Made by a program: the position numbers and the translations under genes | Part shown: positions 24,206 to 38,760 of the stretch, one piece after another | Position numbering within the stretch: position 1 is the first letter of the stretch | Layout: every line of letters begins with the position of its first letter | Assembly (NCBI GenBank): GCA_030141605.1 | Contig: JAQGDQ010000223.1 | Location: forward strand, 1 to 64,000 | Length of the DNA stretch: 64,000 bases | Reading direction: 5' to 3' | Source: Tubiluchus corallicola | Lineage: Eukaryota; Animalia; Priapulida | Notes under the pieces: generated by a model | Seen by the model: the letters and a program-made list of their open reading frames with translations, nothing else | The model's database searches: none | Told to the model about the DNA's origin: nothing

Positions 24206-25426
24206 ACTACATTTTTGATAAAGGTGCTTGAGTTCTTGCCAAGTTAGTTTTTAAAGATTTTGCATTTGAATAGCGATTTAAATTTTGTAATTTCTTTTAA
24301 TTTAAATTAAAGTATTTGCTATGTCGAACATTGACTTCTACTTGACTATTTTAACTTCTTCAAACTTTCAATCTTTTCAAAACTTTCAAAAGTTGGAAGT
24401 TTCTAATTTGCGTGATGTGAATTCAATTAAAAATTTTAGGACTCTTTTGTTGCTATAATAGTTTACAGCTAATTGTTGCAGTTATGTATCTACGAAAAGA
24501 AACTTGCAAACTAACCTAACTTCTAGTGAGAGTTGCAAAGTGTACCATCTTCAACTATCATTATTCTGTAACATCGCTCAGATTTCACATTTTTCTCAAA
24601 AAAGACTTAAAATAAGTCAAACATATGCTAGTCATTATTCCTAAACACCTACAAACAAATAGAAAGAAGCTATTAATTGTGAAACAAAATGGTCGTTTTT
24701 CTCAAAGCTCTTATATACAGGATTTTGCAGGTCATCTCCTATATTATTCTAATCTATTTGTTCTATTATCTTTCAGTCAGTATTGCTCACATACCCCGTA
24801 TAGTACTAAAGAAGGCTAGTTCCAGAATGATCGAGCTATCGAGGTTTTAGTTGAACGTTTTCAACTGTGGTTTCTTGTCAAATAATAGATGGGTAAAATA
24901 TCAAGGGCACAAATGTCAGGCAAGTATAACACCGGTGTTCAAATACAGGGGAAATAAATCCTAGAAATAAAATGAATGGTCGGTCTAATTTATAACTCGG
25001 AGCACTGAAGGTTGTTTCATGTTTCATGCGACGAATGTGGTAGGGAAGTGTTCGTTTGTGGATGTCAGTTTTGTGTGCGGTACAATAACAGCAATATGGC
25101 AACATACTCTTGTTCTGAAGTCCTCAATTTTTTTGAACTGAAAAATATCGTTCAGACGTCTACACAATAATTTTCGATTTTGTTCTTCGAGACCATCTAA
25201 TGTAGCGTTTTTGTGATGTCACAACGTCATCTTTGAGCATTTTGGGATATCAAAGGTAGCTGCCAAAATGGCCCTGCAATATAAAGGCTGCAAAGTATGT
25301 ATCTTAGGTGTTTTGACCCTGATTTTTGGTTGGGCTTTGAGAGTGCAAAATTCATTTTTCACTACTTTACACGTGAAATCCTTCGCGAACATTAAAGCCT
25401 GGGATGGCTACACCTGCATGGCTACT

Positions 25427-26509
25427 CCAATCGACGTCAAACGCTCAGCGGCTTTCGGGACAACAGCTTACGCTGAACAACAACTGTCTCAACTAAACTA
25501 AACTGAACTAAACAGCATGACAGTTACAACTAATGTCTAATCAGCAGATAAACTTATTGCACTTTTTCATAAACACAAATTTGCAAAGCAGCAGCTATCT
25601 TTAAAGGAAATTGACACTTCAAGTAGACTTTTTAATTTAAAGAGAATGTCGAGACGAAATTTCAAAACACTACAAAATACAGAGACATAAGCATAATAAA
25701 GAAACAGTCAGCCTTGCTTTACAATAAATGAGCAACAAAAATATTAAATCTCTCTTGCCTTTGAACATACGAACATCATTCAGGCCTGCGATGTATTTTT
25801 TCTATATTAACAGATCACGTGCTCGTCTGCAAGATTTATTCAGTTTTTACGTTTCTCCGTTTGTTAGGCTAAGAAAATGGAATAAATTTGATTGTTCCAT
25901 TTGATAGACGACCCTTATATTGAATGCCCGAGTTATATAAGTCCCAATGGCATCTTTTAACCATGATTATAACCAGAAAAATAACGTAAAATAGCTAATA
26001 CTACATTGATGTAGTATAATATAGGTTTTGACCACATTTGAATTAGTTTTGACTGTGAAGATCACATTGAGGTTTATAAAAACTAGCCAGAAAAGAAAAC
26101 ATTTTGTTTTACCTTTATTCAAATTAATTAAATAAATTTTTTATCTAACTTGCAAAGCCATAAACTAAACTAAACTAAACTGCGTATTTTCTTGACTGCA
26201 AAATGGTTTAATGAGCAACTCATAGGCGTGAGCATTGTGCATTTCTTCCTATAAACGAACCAAGACCATATATATTACCATTGATTCACTTGCAATTTCA
26301 ATTGACAATAATAAAATCTAGAACCAGGCCAATATTTCTCTCCCTAACTAATGAAAAGTTGAGCATTTTTCACAAGAGTGTTAGACGGAGCTGTAGCTAA
26401 ATGTCCCGAACGTACCTGCGTTAACTAAGCTCTGCAGGTGTATGAAATAACTTGCACGCTGATTGGGCAGTCAACGAAAATGACTGACATTGTGTTAGAC
26501 GTCAATTGG
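25427..26509. mobile_element. ~1.1-kb non-autonomous TIR element, copy 1
   Basis: Colinear with 30122-31230 over its whole length; ends CCAATCGACGTCAAAC / GTTAGACGTCAATTGG are imperfect inverted repeats; no ORF. Confidence 0.75.
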
Positions 26510-29111
26510 CTAAAAGTTGCTCAAGGATGCTGCGGTGGCTACATGCAAAGCTCCCAATTAGTAGGTCTTCAAGAATGAAAAACCATCAAAAACCAATATG
26601 TTGCTGATAGTTTTAAGTTACGTGGCCGGACACCGTGTCAACAAACACGTTAACACGTCTTATTTGTTTGTTTTGGTTGTGGATAAGATTATGAAGTTGT
26701 TGCCGTCTCTTCTTTTTCAAGTTGTTCGTGGTATGTGAGTGGGCAAATTTTGAATGAATCAGAGATCTATCTCACATAGTAGTGTGAATAATAATTTCAG
26801 AGCAGTGAAGGTGCTGAATTGTTTCACTTCAATCTTGCAGACACAGTTAAGTTAAAATTCCTATTTTATTCGTATTCATGTGCACATCCAGCAAACATAA
26901 GATCGACATGTCTAGCAATCATACATTCACAATTGCCACTTTAGATACGCTGAAATGAACGCGCGCCGTGATCAGCTTGCGACATGCCGATAGGAATTCC
27001 AAACGATTTGAAAGGCGAAACGCTTAAGTTGGGTGTTCGAACTCCTGAAACTCGAGAGCTTATGGCACACCGAAACTCTCATCTTTCTTCGTCATACGTC
27101 ACGTGACCGACGGATTATCCTGTCCTGCAGTTATTAATTTCTTTGCTACTGCACTGAGGTATTATAACCGGGTTTCTATTATTCGTACTGAGTAAATTTG
27201 TCGTATTAACTCTTTCAATTTTGACTAAGTCGGCGTTTCGATGAAGGTCGACGTTTGTACGTTTGAAGTTTTATTATTACAGACACTAGCTGCACCTCTA
27301 AGACGACTAAATCCGTCTACATTAATGGAGAAAGCCAATAGGATCATAGAGATCAGAAGGCGACTTACTTATATCTTATTAATGCACGAGGTTGATATTA
27401 AGATACTAGTTCTTCGGAGGTCCAAGTAAAGCAACCTATGCTCTTCAAGGTTAGTCACCAAAAGAATCCGTTCGGAATGAAATAGGAGATATAAATGACG
27501 TTACGTTGCCTAAGTTTAATGCGTAAATACAAATTATGAGAACTATTATTATGAATAATAAAAAAATCACTTTCAAATTACGCTCACTTGATGATAACAA
27601 TTGTTACAACAAACAGGAAAAAACAGTAGCAAATGTCGCCTGAACATCTGCATCTAATGTTTCAGTTTTCTTGTCAGCGAAGGCGCTATATACTTTGAAC
27701 AATATCACATTTAACATCATTTACAAGCGCTTGTGTCGCCATCTGTTAAAACCATTATTACACTAACAGAAGTCAACGCACCGTTAATAGAGTAGAGTTG
27801 GTAAATGTACAATGTAAAATCATTGTGCTGCAGTAACGTTATTAAAAATTTTGGAAACTACTCGTTTTGGAGGATGGCGCCGATTGACACGAAAACGGCA
27901 CATTGATAATGTTTTGATTTCATTTATTTCTACAAAGTCACAAAGAAGTTAGTAGACTTCACTTGATTAATAAAATTAATGATTTTGTACATTGCAATTC
28001 TGCTCTAATTCGACTGTAATAATGAGTTTTTTAAAGAAAGCTTAAAGGAAGACTGGATGATTTGTTTTTCATATCCTTCCCCATTTTCAAGGTTGGTAAA
28101 GAGTATACATTTTGACACCAATAATACTGCAAAAGCGTTTCTGATATTTAACAATAGATTAAAATTTTAGTTAACGGCTGGCGAACACAATTATTGATAA
28201 CATCACAAATGAACGTAATTTTCAACAGCACAAACATTCCTTAAGCGTGTTGCATGTGCTTGCAAAAGCGAAAATTGAAGTACAGCACTACTGTAAGCGA
28301 TTCGTTGTATTGCACTAAAACTCGGCAATTTTTAAGATAAAAATTAATATTCCAAATTTACCGCTGTGTTCACGCATGAGTTCTCGAACACATGCACTGC
28401 GTCACAAACGAAGACCTCTGAACTTAGACGTACAGCACCTGTTTTTTATGCCATGCGTTTCCTACGTGAAGACGTTGGTGCCCATCTAACTAACGAAAGG
28501 AAATGCACATAACAGCGAAGAACTAGTGGCGCGAAGCGTAACTGCGTTTGCGTAGTAATAATTCTTTCGCGTAAGACATTTTTGAAAAAAGTAGTACGTT
28601 CGCTTTCAATATTTAAAGAGTAGATTATTTTGACATACAGTTTAAGATAGGGTACGGTTTTCTTTAAGCCTTATACTTAAGTGTTGTGGTTCAGATGCTG
28701 TTATTAGCTTGTTGCCTCCCTAAATATTGATTTTGGTTTGGTCGAATTTTGTGCTCTGAAGCTTTTCTGTTTCTCACACCTGTGAGAAAACTACTCCTTT
28801 TCAGGTTTAAAAACATTTTGTCGTGACGCGCTAACAGCTGTTAAGCTGGCATTCATGATACATTGATCTCTGGAGTCGCAATGCTTGTTTAATCAGTAAT
28901 GCTCACATTGTGGTGTAAATTAACAAAACTGTTAACGCTGTTACGTCATTAAATTAAGCTTTGACGCGCTAAATATAAAGGCACCAAATAGACTTCTCCT
29001 TTGTGATTCCATCTGCGTATGATAAATTCGGTAGTGTATTTAATTATTTTTAAAAAGCGTTGTGGCACATCATTGATCAGGTAGTTAATAAATCAGTCTG
29101 TAAGCAATGGA

Positions 29112-29325
29112 ACCAACCAGTAACTAACCAACCAACGAACTAACCAAGCAACCAAACAAACAGCCAAACAACCAACCAACCAATCAAACAACAGACCAAC
29201 CAACGAGCGAACTAACTAACCAACTAACCAACCAACCAACCAACCAAATAGCCAATAAACCAACTAACCAGACAGCAAATCAACCAACCAACTAGCCAGC
29301 CAGTCAAGCCGACGAACAAACCAAA
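29112..29325. repeat. Degenerate (AACC/AACT)n tetranucleotide repeat
   Basis: Directly visible. Confidence 0.85.
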
Positions 29326-29621
29326 CCGGGAAAAAAACCAACAAGCTAATCGTTACGTTAGGTACAAGCTTAATACGTTAGGTAGAAAATCAGCCACCCA
29401 GAATGCTAAAACAACAGCTAGATCACTCAGTAAATAAGCAGCCTGGTAATAGCCATATAATTTATAGACAAACAAGCAAGACAGTCAGTTAGTCAGCCAG
29501 TTAAACAATTCAGTCAATTAACGAATGGGAGCACAGATTGCAAGTCGTGTAGCAACTTACTTCTGGGAACTTTAGTTTTGTTTACATAGTAACGCGTCTG
29601 TTAAGATATCAAAGTAAACGC

Positions 29622-31374
29622 ACAGAAAGTTGAGCATGTATGATGGCTAAATGATTTCTTCAAAGTGTTTAACGTAATGTGGTGTTAAGTATCCCATTCA
29701 CCATAACCAACTTGGTGAGTGACTAGTTCATGACTTGATCAAACTCGTACAAGTGATAGTTTAATATGTCCAGTCTAATTATGGAAATCAGTCAAATTAG
29801 TGACCCAAATGCTTGTCTAAAGCTTATAAATAAAACTCCGTCTGCTCAAGTGTTGCACCGAGAAACACAGTTTCACTTGATGCTTGAAAATGTGAGTTTT
29901 TAGTTTTTGCTTCAGGTTTAGGACGCCCTGGACTGTCTTAACTTAATATGCTGTTAATGTTACCATAATCCTTATCTTCCTAATAGTATGTTAATTTTTT
30001 GAGTAAACGTTGATAAAATATTTAATCTTGCTCACAATGAGTTTTTCGGTCACGATTATATATCATGCATTCTAATTGCAAATTGAAGGGACAAATCTGC
30101 CTTAGTTTCGGGTATAATGTTAATTGACGTCAAACATATTGGTCTGTCGCTCCGCCCCAACTGAACGTAAGCACGCTCAGCAGCATTCGGGACAACAGCT
30201 CACGTACGACAACAACTGTCTAAGCTAAACTAAACAACATGACAGTCACTACTAATGTCTAATCAGCAGATAAACTGGTTGCAGTTTTTCATAAACACAA
30301 ATTTGCAGAGCAGCAGCTACGTTTACACGCAATTAACACTTCGAGTAGCCAAAAAATGACTTTTCAATTTAAACAGAATGTAGAAACGAAGTTTCGAAGC
30401 ACTACAAAATACAGAGACATAAGTATAATAAAGAAACTAAGTCAGTTAGCTTTACTTTACGACAAATGAGCAACAAAAATATTAAGTCTTGCTTGCCTTT
30501 AAACATACGAACATCAAGCCTGCGATGTATTTTTCTATATTAACTGATTATGTGCTCGTCTGCAAGATTTATTAAGTTTTTGAATTTTTCCGTTTGTCGG
30601 CTGCGGAAATGGAATAAATTATATTGTTCCATTCCATAGACGACCCTTATATTGAATGCCCGAGCCACATAAGTCTCAAAGACATCTTTTAATTATGATT
30701 ATAACCAAAAAATAGCGTAAAATTAGTTCATATTACATTGATGTATAATATAAGTTATGATCACATTTGAATTAATTTTGACTGCGAAGATCTCTTTGAG
30801 GTTTATAAAACCTGACCAGAAAAGAAAACATTTTGTTTTGTCCTTATTTAAACTGAATCAAATAGTTGTTTTTATCTAACTTGCAAAGCCATAAACCAAA
30901 CTAAACTGCGTATTTTCTTGATTGCAAAATGATTTAATCAGCAACTTATAGACCAAGCGTTGTGCATTACTTCCTATAAACGAAACTAGACTATGTATTT
31001 CCACTAATTCATTTGCAATTTGAATTGACAGTAATGAAATCTAGAACCAGACCAGTATTTCTCCCGTAATTAATGAAAAGTTGAGCATTTTTCGTAACAG
31101 TATTCGACGTAGCTGTAGCTAAATGTCCCGAACGTACCTGCGTTAATTAAGCTCTGCAGGTGTGCGAGAAATGACTTGCACGCTGATTGGGCAGTCAGCG
31201 AAAATGTTTGACATTATGTTAGACTTCAGCTATAACTTCTTGCAATGCGTAAGGGTTTGGTCAAGTCAGTAACTGGTCACTCATTGAGTTGATTATGGTG
31301 AATGGGATACTTAACACCCTATCACGTTAAACATTCGAAGAAATCATTCAGTCTCTTGCAGCTTAACTTGCCGT
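29622..31374. mobile_element. Element with ~120-bp inverted arms enclosing copy 2 of the 1.1-kb element
   Basis: 29645-29746 (ATGATTTCTTC..GGTGTTAAGTATCCCATTCACCATAA..GTGAC..TGACTTGA) is the reverse complement of 31253-31353; weaker similarity extends ~20 bp outward. Confidence 0.7.
30122..31230. mobile_element. ~1.1-kb non-autonomous TIR element, copy 2
   Basis: Direct-orientation diverged copy of 25427-26509 (shared blocks such as CTAATGTCTAATCAGCAGATAAAC, ATAGACGACCCTTATATTGAATGCCCGAG, GCTGTAGCTAAATGTCCCGAACGTACCTGCGTTAA). Confidence 0.75.
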
Positions 31375-34209
31375 AGAGAAGCTTCTTATGTCTTTAGTTT
31401 TGGTCTGTAGGCTTTACTTTTGCTTTTTAATCTAGTCTTTCTTATAATTTGTTTTTTTTGCAGATTTAAGGCACATTGCTAATCTCATATAAGTCACCTA
31501 TTTTTTATGTACAACCTTTACATAAGAGCTGTTAACAAGCTGTCGAGTTAAACCACGTTTAATAAATTAATTAAACACAGAGACGGTTATAAGGATCTGG
31601 ACTTGGCATTTAAACAAGGGACTCTTCAGTTGCAACACTAAAACTGTATGCCACTACAATCAGCACTGACAATTGTATGAAAAGTGCGATTCAATCCCAG
31701 CGTAATTAATAATTTATATATAATTTTAATTTTGAAATTCTCAAAAAGTAATGTAATATGATTGAAGCGAAATCATAACTGGTGGTGATCACGTGGGATC
31801 GAGGAATTTTCCTAGTGAATTAAAACGTTAATATCATATTACTTAGCACAAGAAGACCCTCCACTTACACAAAGCTTAAAAAACTCGTCTTGAAATTTTA
31901 TACCACTTACCTACTGTCTTTTTGCATGCAGGGTTTACTTCGGCAGTAATACTGTATAAAACTTGTAAATTTAAACTCCTGCGATGACCGTTAGGCGCAG
32001 CCATTTGGACGGTAGGTGGTCTGATACAAGTTTAGATAACAATGTGTGAAGTTTAAAAAAATAATCAGAGGATTCGTAGCACACGTATTACTAACTAAGT
32101 AAAATTCTAAATTACTGTATCTTGTCAATAAGATTAAAAACACGTTTTTGGTTTGTGAGTGGCTCTCCCTGGTGGGCCAGCGACATTTTATCAATTGGCA
32201 CGAATATTTTGAATTATTATTTCCAGTTACATAAGTCTTTCCAGCAGGTAAGCGAAATGTTAAGTAATACAGATTTGCATGGAAAGTTTTTAGGGGCATA
32301 GCTTAACATTGCCTTTTCTCCCCTTGCGTTTGCGTAGTGACGTCATCTAATGGCGCGGCCGGAACAGTATTGCGGGAGATTTAAAATGAAAAAAAAACAA
32401 AAATTTCTTTCAACGCGAGTACGACATACACATGAAGTTGCTATAAAGTAATATATTTTGTAAAGGCGATTTTTCTGAAACCTACGTCAGGTACACCTTT
32501 TCTTGCCCTTTAAAGTTGATGAACAAATCTATTGCCTCAATTCAGATTTCGTTCATGTTTTGTTTTTAAAGTAGGTGTCGGAAAATCCGCTTTAGACCAA
32601 GCCTGGCTTCTTTGGTGGCCTTACAATATTATTTAGATCGTATGCTTCATTCATGCATGTGTAACCATGCGTTTAGTTAACCTTGCCTATAAAAAGGAAG
32701 TGTCACCGCTGATCGGTGACCACCTATCAGCAGGTACCACAAAGGGTGGTCTCCTTGTTTCTTGTTTTTTTTTATATAGGCTTATATGTGAGATTATTCA
32801 TTTAAAGTGCTGTGAATTATGTGATTATTTTTGTTATGATTTGTGACTTAATTTGAAATGTAAAGTGTAACAGTTAAATTTTGTTAATAAAGTGTATTAT
32901 TAGTGTGGCCACAATTTATACAAATCGTTATGTTTCTCTAATGACTATTTTTGACTGAATTACTTTCACAGCACAATTAATACAAAATCACAGGTAACAG
33001 CAAATCAACCAATACCCACTAAGGTCTAAGCGTACTGCAACCTTTCTGACTGCTATAAATTAGACATAAAAATAGTGTTCACAGTTGTCGACAGGCGCTC
33101 TCTCTCTCTCTTAAAGCTATTTGGCACCAAATTCAATTTTCTCGATAGTAGGGTTGATTTTAAAGAATGCAATAGGCAATAGGCATACCGCTATTAACAT
33201 CATGCACAGCAATTCAAAAAAGTTTTTGTAACTCAGTAAAATTTATCTGTATTAACAAAAGTATTGACTGCTTGTAGCAATCACCACCAGCAAAAGTTTC
33301 ATATTAAAACTGTCCGTTCTACAAAAGAGGTAACTTTTTAATTTTAGATTTAGATTTAGAAATACTCATTGTTCTCAGTGAATATTAATTTTCAAACGTG
33401 GTGTTTTATAACTGAATTAATAAATAATTTAGCATTATAAGATTCGAAAATATCCGCACTTTAGGTTAAGAATTACACGGTTATACTAGGCTCCATTCTT
33501 GAGCATCCCTCGGCGCATCGGTAAAGTAACTCTAGAAACATTGTTTTTTCAATTAGCCGATGACCGTTATTTCATTGGACCCTTATGCCCATCTGTCTCT
33601 CGTTTAAGACAAAGTATGTCTTAGGTTGGTGTGTATAAAAGTGATCTGGAAGGATAAATAAACCAAAACAAAATTCTTAAACTAACATATTGAACTGCTG
33701 GTGGCACCTCGCCAACCTGGGGTGGTTCGGGCCTGCAGGTCCGGAGGCGGAGCAGCCTAATAATGATTTCCACATAACCACAAATAAACAAAACTGAATT
33801 AAATAACGCTGAAGATTTAATATTACAAGGCCTAAACTAACTATAACATGATTTTACACAGATTTAAGAAAAAACGGAACAAAGAAATAAAGTGGATAGA
33901 CTGATACCTAACTTGCCATATAGCGGGTAGTAGGAGAGCTGTCCTTTATAACCTACCCCAAACCAGTTTACATGTCAGAGATAGAGCCAAAATGAAACCT
34001 GACTGGTTGAAAGCAAAAAGTTGTTAAGATTTAGCTAATAAGAACCGAAATATTTGTAAAAGAATAATTTAGACTTAGGTTTCAACTACTGGTACTTTAG
34101 GGGTGACATGCAACACTAGGTTGGTAACCATGCTATGCTCTGGAATAAAGGTAGGGGTTGCGCAGGGTGGGCCGCCCAAGGGGCTGTGCTACACTGTCAT
34201 ATAAGATAT

Positions 34210-34520
34210 GATCATCCTACTTGTCTTCTAAACTCTTGAAGTGAAAGAAATACATGACATGTATTGTCTCCATTTCATGTATAAATATCGTAATTCACTA
34301 CTTCCACCAGCTTTTCAGTCATACTTTAGCCCAGTTTCAAATCAACGTGATCGTTACACAAGATGTTCAATTGAAAACTATGTACTACCTCTTCCAAAAA
34401 AGAAATTTAACGAAGCAGTCATCAAGATATAAAGCTATTAAAATATGGTCATCAAACTCCTTGTGGAATAAAAAGTCTTAGTCTTTATCAATTTAAAATC
34501 GTGTCAGGACAGTGCTTACC
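34210..34520 (+). mobile_element. LINE (CR1/L2 group) ORF2 3' fragment
   Basis: EVKEIHDMYCLHFMYKYRNSLLPPAFQSYF..RYTR..YVLP, then frameshift to KQSSRYKAIKIW: typical C-terminal LINE ORF2 pattern (FMY..LP..F..YF..TR..RY....W). Confidence 0.7.
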
Positions 34521-35275
34521 ACAAGGCATAATTAATTAAAAACAACCCGAACTCATCCTGATTTTAAGTTAGTAACAAAACTTATTTTGTTTAACTTTGA
34601 ACATTATAACATGCGATAATTATTATGTAATGTTAATTGGCAATTGCTGAACTATTTGGAGGAGGACCCGATAGCATAATACTCCTTCCTTCTACTTACA
34701 GTGACTTGTATCACTTATTATATCAGAATGTTTGTGGCTAAATGTATATGTTTACCTTACTAACTGTGAAACTGATATATAAATTTAAATTTAAGCATGA
34801 ACAGTATTCGACAAAATGCAAATCTAAAGCCCTCTGACAAGCGAAACCCTGAGTTGCATAAAGTAACGAAGTCTCTAACAGTGTTGAGGGAGATCAATGG
34901 GTCGAAGAATATCGTCTGTCGCACATCATAAAATTACTTTTGTTAACATTGCACTTCAAGTTTTCGAAGTGAATTTTTCTGTATTGATTTTCATTGTTGC
35001 CACAAATCAATGCAAAACATGTTATAACTTTAATAATAATAATTTTAGTCTTGGTCAAAACAGAATTCTCAATCAGCGCTAATATGGAGCAGGCAATTTG
35101 TATTGGTGATTCTGGTTTATTCATTAGCATGGTTTGTGTTTTAAAGAGCAAACAACAGCAGATAATCTCATGATTTTGTTTAAAAAAATAAGCAGAAATG
35201 TGATAACGATATCAAATTGCATATAATTACATCCATATAACCAAATTATTACAAACATTATTACTAATATTTATT

Positions 35276-35503
35276 GGTTGTTGGTGGTGGTGGTGTTGAC
35301 GTTGTCGCTGTCGTCGTCGTCGTCGTCGTTGTTGTTGTTGTTGCTGCTACTGTTGTTGTTGTTGGTGGTGTTGACGTTGTCGCTGTCGTCGTCGTTGTTG
35401 TTGTTGTTGCTGCTGCTGTTGTTGTTGTTGCTGCTGCTGCTGCTGCTGTTGCAGCTGTTGTTATTGTTGTTTGTTCTTGCTGTTGTTGTTGTTATTATTG
35501 TTG
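35276..35503. repeat. Compound (GTT/GTC/GCT)n microsatellite
   Basis: Directly visible; includes an internal duplication of GGTGGTGTTGACGTTGTCGCTGTCGTC. Confidence 0.9.
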
Positions 35504-36451
35504 CTCTAGTGCGCGCAAAATCATTATTAAGAGCTTTGTAGGATCATAACTGATGCAAAATAAATGATATTTTATTTATTGCACTATTGTAAATTTCCAG
35601 ATCGAAATACTTTAAACTTTACGGAGAAAAGTTTAACGCTTTGAAACGCTGCTTTCGGGCACTGCGCGTACACAGTATATTAAAGAGACACGATCGTTCG
35701 ATAATTGTTATCTATAATTCACAAGTTATTGATAACTGTATGAAGTATTAATAATAGCCTATGTGAATGCCAGCCGACGTCCATATGTTGTTACATAACA
35801 ATCAGCGAGGTTTGATTCACTCATATATATATAGATCTAGGGACTCCCGCTCAACTAGCGTATTTCGATTTTATAAAGCTTCTTCGCTAGCGTTTGTTTA
35901 ATCTGGGGGAGTAGAATTAATTTACGGCAACGTTCTGTTCAAAATCTGTTGGCTTTCCATCTCCGAATCTTTGAAGCTCATAAAATTGAGAATTCTGCTC
36001 AGTACTGCGCGAGCGTGCCCATTTTGCGTGGCCTCGTAGTCGCAAATATTTTTAAATAAAGGAGTTCCTAACCCGCGTTTGAGCGAGAATCGAGGCAAGG
36101 GTGATGATTAAATTATCCTCAATCAAACATTGATTGTATTAACTTCCTTTTGAAACTAGGGAAGAAAATTAGTTGTTGTATGGCATTCGAGAACATGCCT
36201 ATTCTAAAGTGACTGTAGACAAGCTCAGCGGTCGAATTTCCTTTCTTACACATCAGCATACCGTAATTGAGTTACAGGCGAGCTATTATATCACTACGAG
36301 CGTCATCATTATGATAACAGTTTTTACAGTTTTCCAATTCGTTTTTGTTTAAAAAATTTTAAAGTCACACTTTTGACAGTATATAGTAATATAACGTGGT
36401 TAGGTTTTTTTTGTATGCGGGCGAGTGCGCGATCCCTAAAGCTTGGTCATG

Positions 36452-36462
36452 TTATTATTATT

Positions 36463-36506
<44 letters not shown>

Positions 36507-36597
36507 CGTCGTCGTCGTCGTTATTGTTGTCGTAGTTGTTGGTGGCCGCGGCAGTGGTGGTTATGGTAGTGGCGGCGCTGGTGGTGGCGTTATTGTT
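36452..36597. repeat. Compound (ATT/GTT/GTC/GGT)n microsatellite
   Basis: Directly visible. Confidence 0.9.
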
Positions 36598-38350
36598 AAC
36601 ATTTGTCTTTCAAAGCTATCGCAAGCCCCAATTTTCATCGTAGGAGACTGAAATTTTGCATTAAGGTAGTACAGACCTTCGCGAAAACCGGATTTTTACC
36701 ATTTGCCTGTTAATTGGCACTGCTTTACACGTTACATGGTTCCTGCAGTTAAAAAGTCAGCGTATGGGTTCTGTTAGGATCCGCTGCTCGCTGGATTAAA
36801 AATTGCAATCCATCCTTTATTTGCAGGCGTGTGAACCGTTATAATTTTTAAGCGACAATGATAGCAACAAAACATGAAGATGCCGAGAATTTTATGTTAA
36901 TTTCTATTCTGTCTTAGCATTTAAATATTTAAAAGTTAATTTACAACAAATAGTAAACTCAACCTACGCAAACCTCGTAGGTAATAAAACTACAGTGTGT
37001 CAACCGGGAGTCAATATTTATAATCGCCAGTGGAACTTTATAATAGCTATAACGAACGTTTGGTCGCATAGCTATTCAAGCTCAATTATTATTTGTTTAG
37101 ATTAAAGTTTTATTTTGCAATCGTTTTAATTGGTTATATGGCATACATTTTAGGTAACTAAATATTGATGCATGCTTAAACATTGACGGCTTATCTCGCT
37201 GGGAATGTTCGAGGAATTAGCAGCATTATAAAGTATTTGCGTTAAACGTGCAAGTTTGCCGTAATTCGGAATTTCTGTATTGACGGAATTTCGCTTGAGA
37301 GATGTTGTGCTGTCGAATCTTTCCCAGTCTTTAGAGAAGGTTGCAGCAAACCCGAATTCAAAATATCTCTTTTGTCGTATTAACTTCATTATTTTGACCG
37401 TTTTTAAAATCCGATCGGTTGCTGTATATTATTAAATTTAATGATTTTTTGAAGTTCTTCATCAAATATTATATGTATTATATAAATAAATATATTTTGA
37501 ATCGGTGGACAATGATAATTTGACTGATCCGAAGCGTGAATTAAAACTCTTAATTGCAAGTTTAATTTGGAAAATAAAGCTTTAAATAGATCTTTTGTCT
37601 TCAGTAGACTAGCTACATACTACCTAGTCTACTATGTACTTCAGATTAGAATAATACCTCAATGTACCGCTCTAATATACATGGTATTCTTTGCGTCTAA
37701 ATCGTCTAAATGCTAAGTTACATAGTTTGTTTATCTATATCCCATTTAATTCACTTAATATTACTACTAAAATTCATACAAAAATCATACAACAAAATTT
37801 AAGGCTGTGAAAAGCTAGCCAGGATAAATAGCCATAAAGGCAGGCAATATACTGTACATTATTTCATATATTATACTTCATCACTGTCGTGGATGCCATG
37901 CAGCTTTTCATTAAAAGCTAATAATATGCAGGCACTTTATGGTTTCAAAATCATTAAACAGTCGTTAACCAAACCCAGACCATTTGACTGTGATTTGTAG
38001 CTTGCAATAGGTGATTGAAATATATTGCTCATTTAGCCGCCAGCACACTATCAACTGTGGTGGTTCAACTACACCAAAATTATTAAAACCGCTCTTGCGC
38101 AGTGGATATTTCGCTTAGACTAAGTCAAATTATTTACAGCCTGTTAGAACAAAAATTACCTTGAATTTACCTAAGTGCGTCACATAATTATCATTGGCTC
38201 AAAAGTTACAGCGTCTGCATCGAGTTTCGAAGAAGACGGACTAAACTGCGTCACATCTGTCCGCTAGTGATGTGACCAATTCACGCTTCATTGGCGTATT
38301 TCCAATTTCTGTTTTGAGTTACTGTTTTGTTGCTTCGCCAGCCCTGCTGG

Positions 38351-38760
38351 AAATGTTCGCCCTTTAGTAGAATGTTGTACTCCTACTTGGAACCCTAATT
38401 TACTAAATGATCTTTTTGTTGAAAATGTTCAGCGGTATTTTAGCATGTCATACCCTGACCGATTAGCACTTGTAAATCTTGAATCGCTTGAACTTCGTCG
38501 AATACACTGTGATCTGACAATTTGTTTTTCTGTTATAAACGGAGATAGTGCTATTGACAAAAATGTATCTTTAGCAAAGCACCTGCTCACTGCCGACTTG
38601 ACTGATTTAAAAACTTTTTCTCAAACAGAACAATTAGAATCTGGAATCAACGCCCCGAGTGTGTCGGCAGTGCCTCCTTGGTCTGTGTTCAGAGTAGCAA
38701 ACTTTTTAACAAGCATTTAAAAGACGTAAATCTTAGTAATCATTCATCTATTAACAGGCA
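38351..38760 (+). mobile_element. CR1-type LINE ORF2 3' fragment
   Basis: NVRPLVECCTPTWNP..ENVQRYF..SYPDRLALVNLESLELRRIHCDL matches the CR1 pattern VRP.LEY....W.P..E.VQR..Y..RL..L.L.SLE.RR...DL. Confidence 0.8.
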
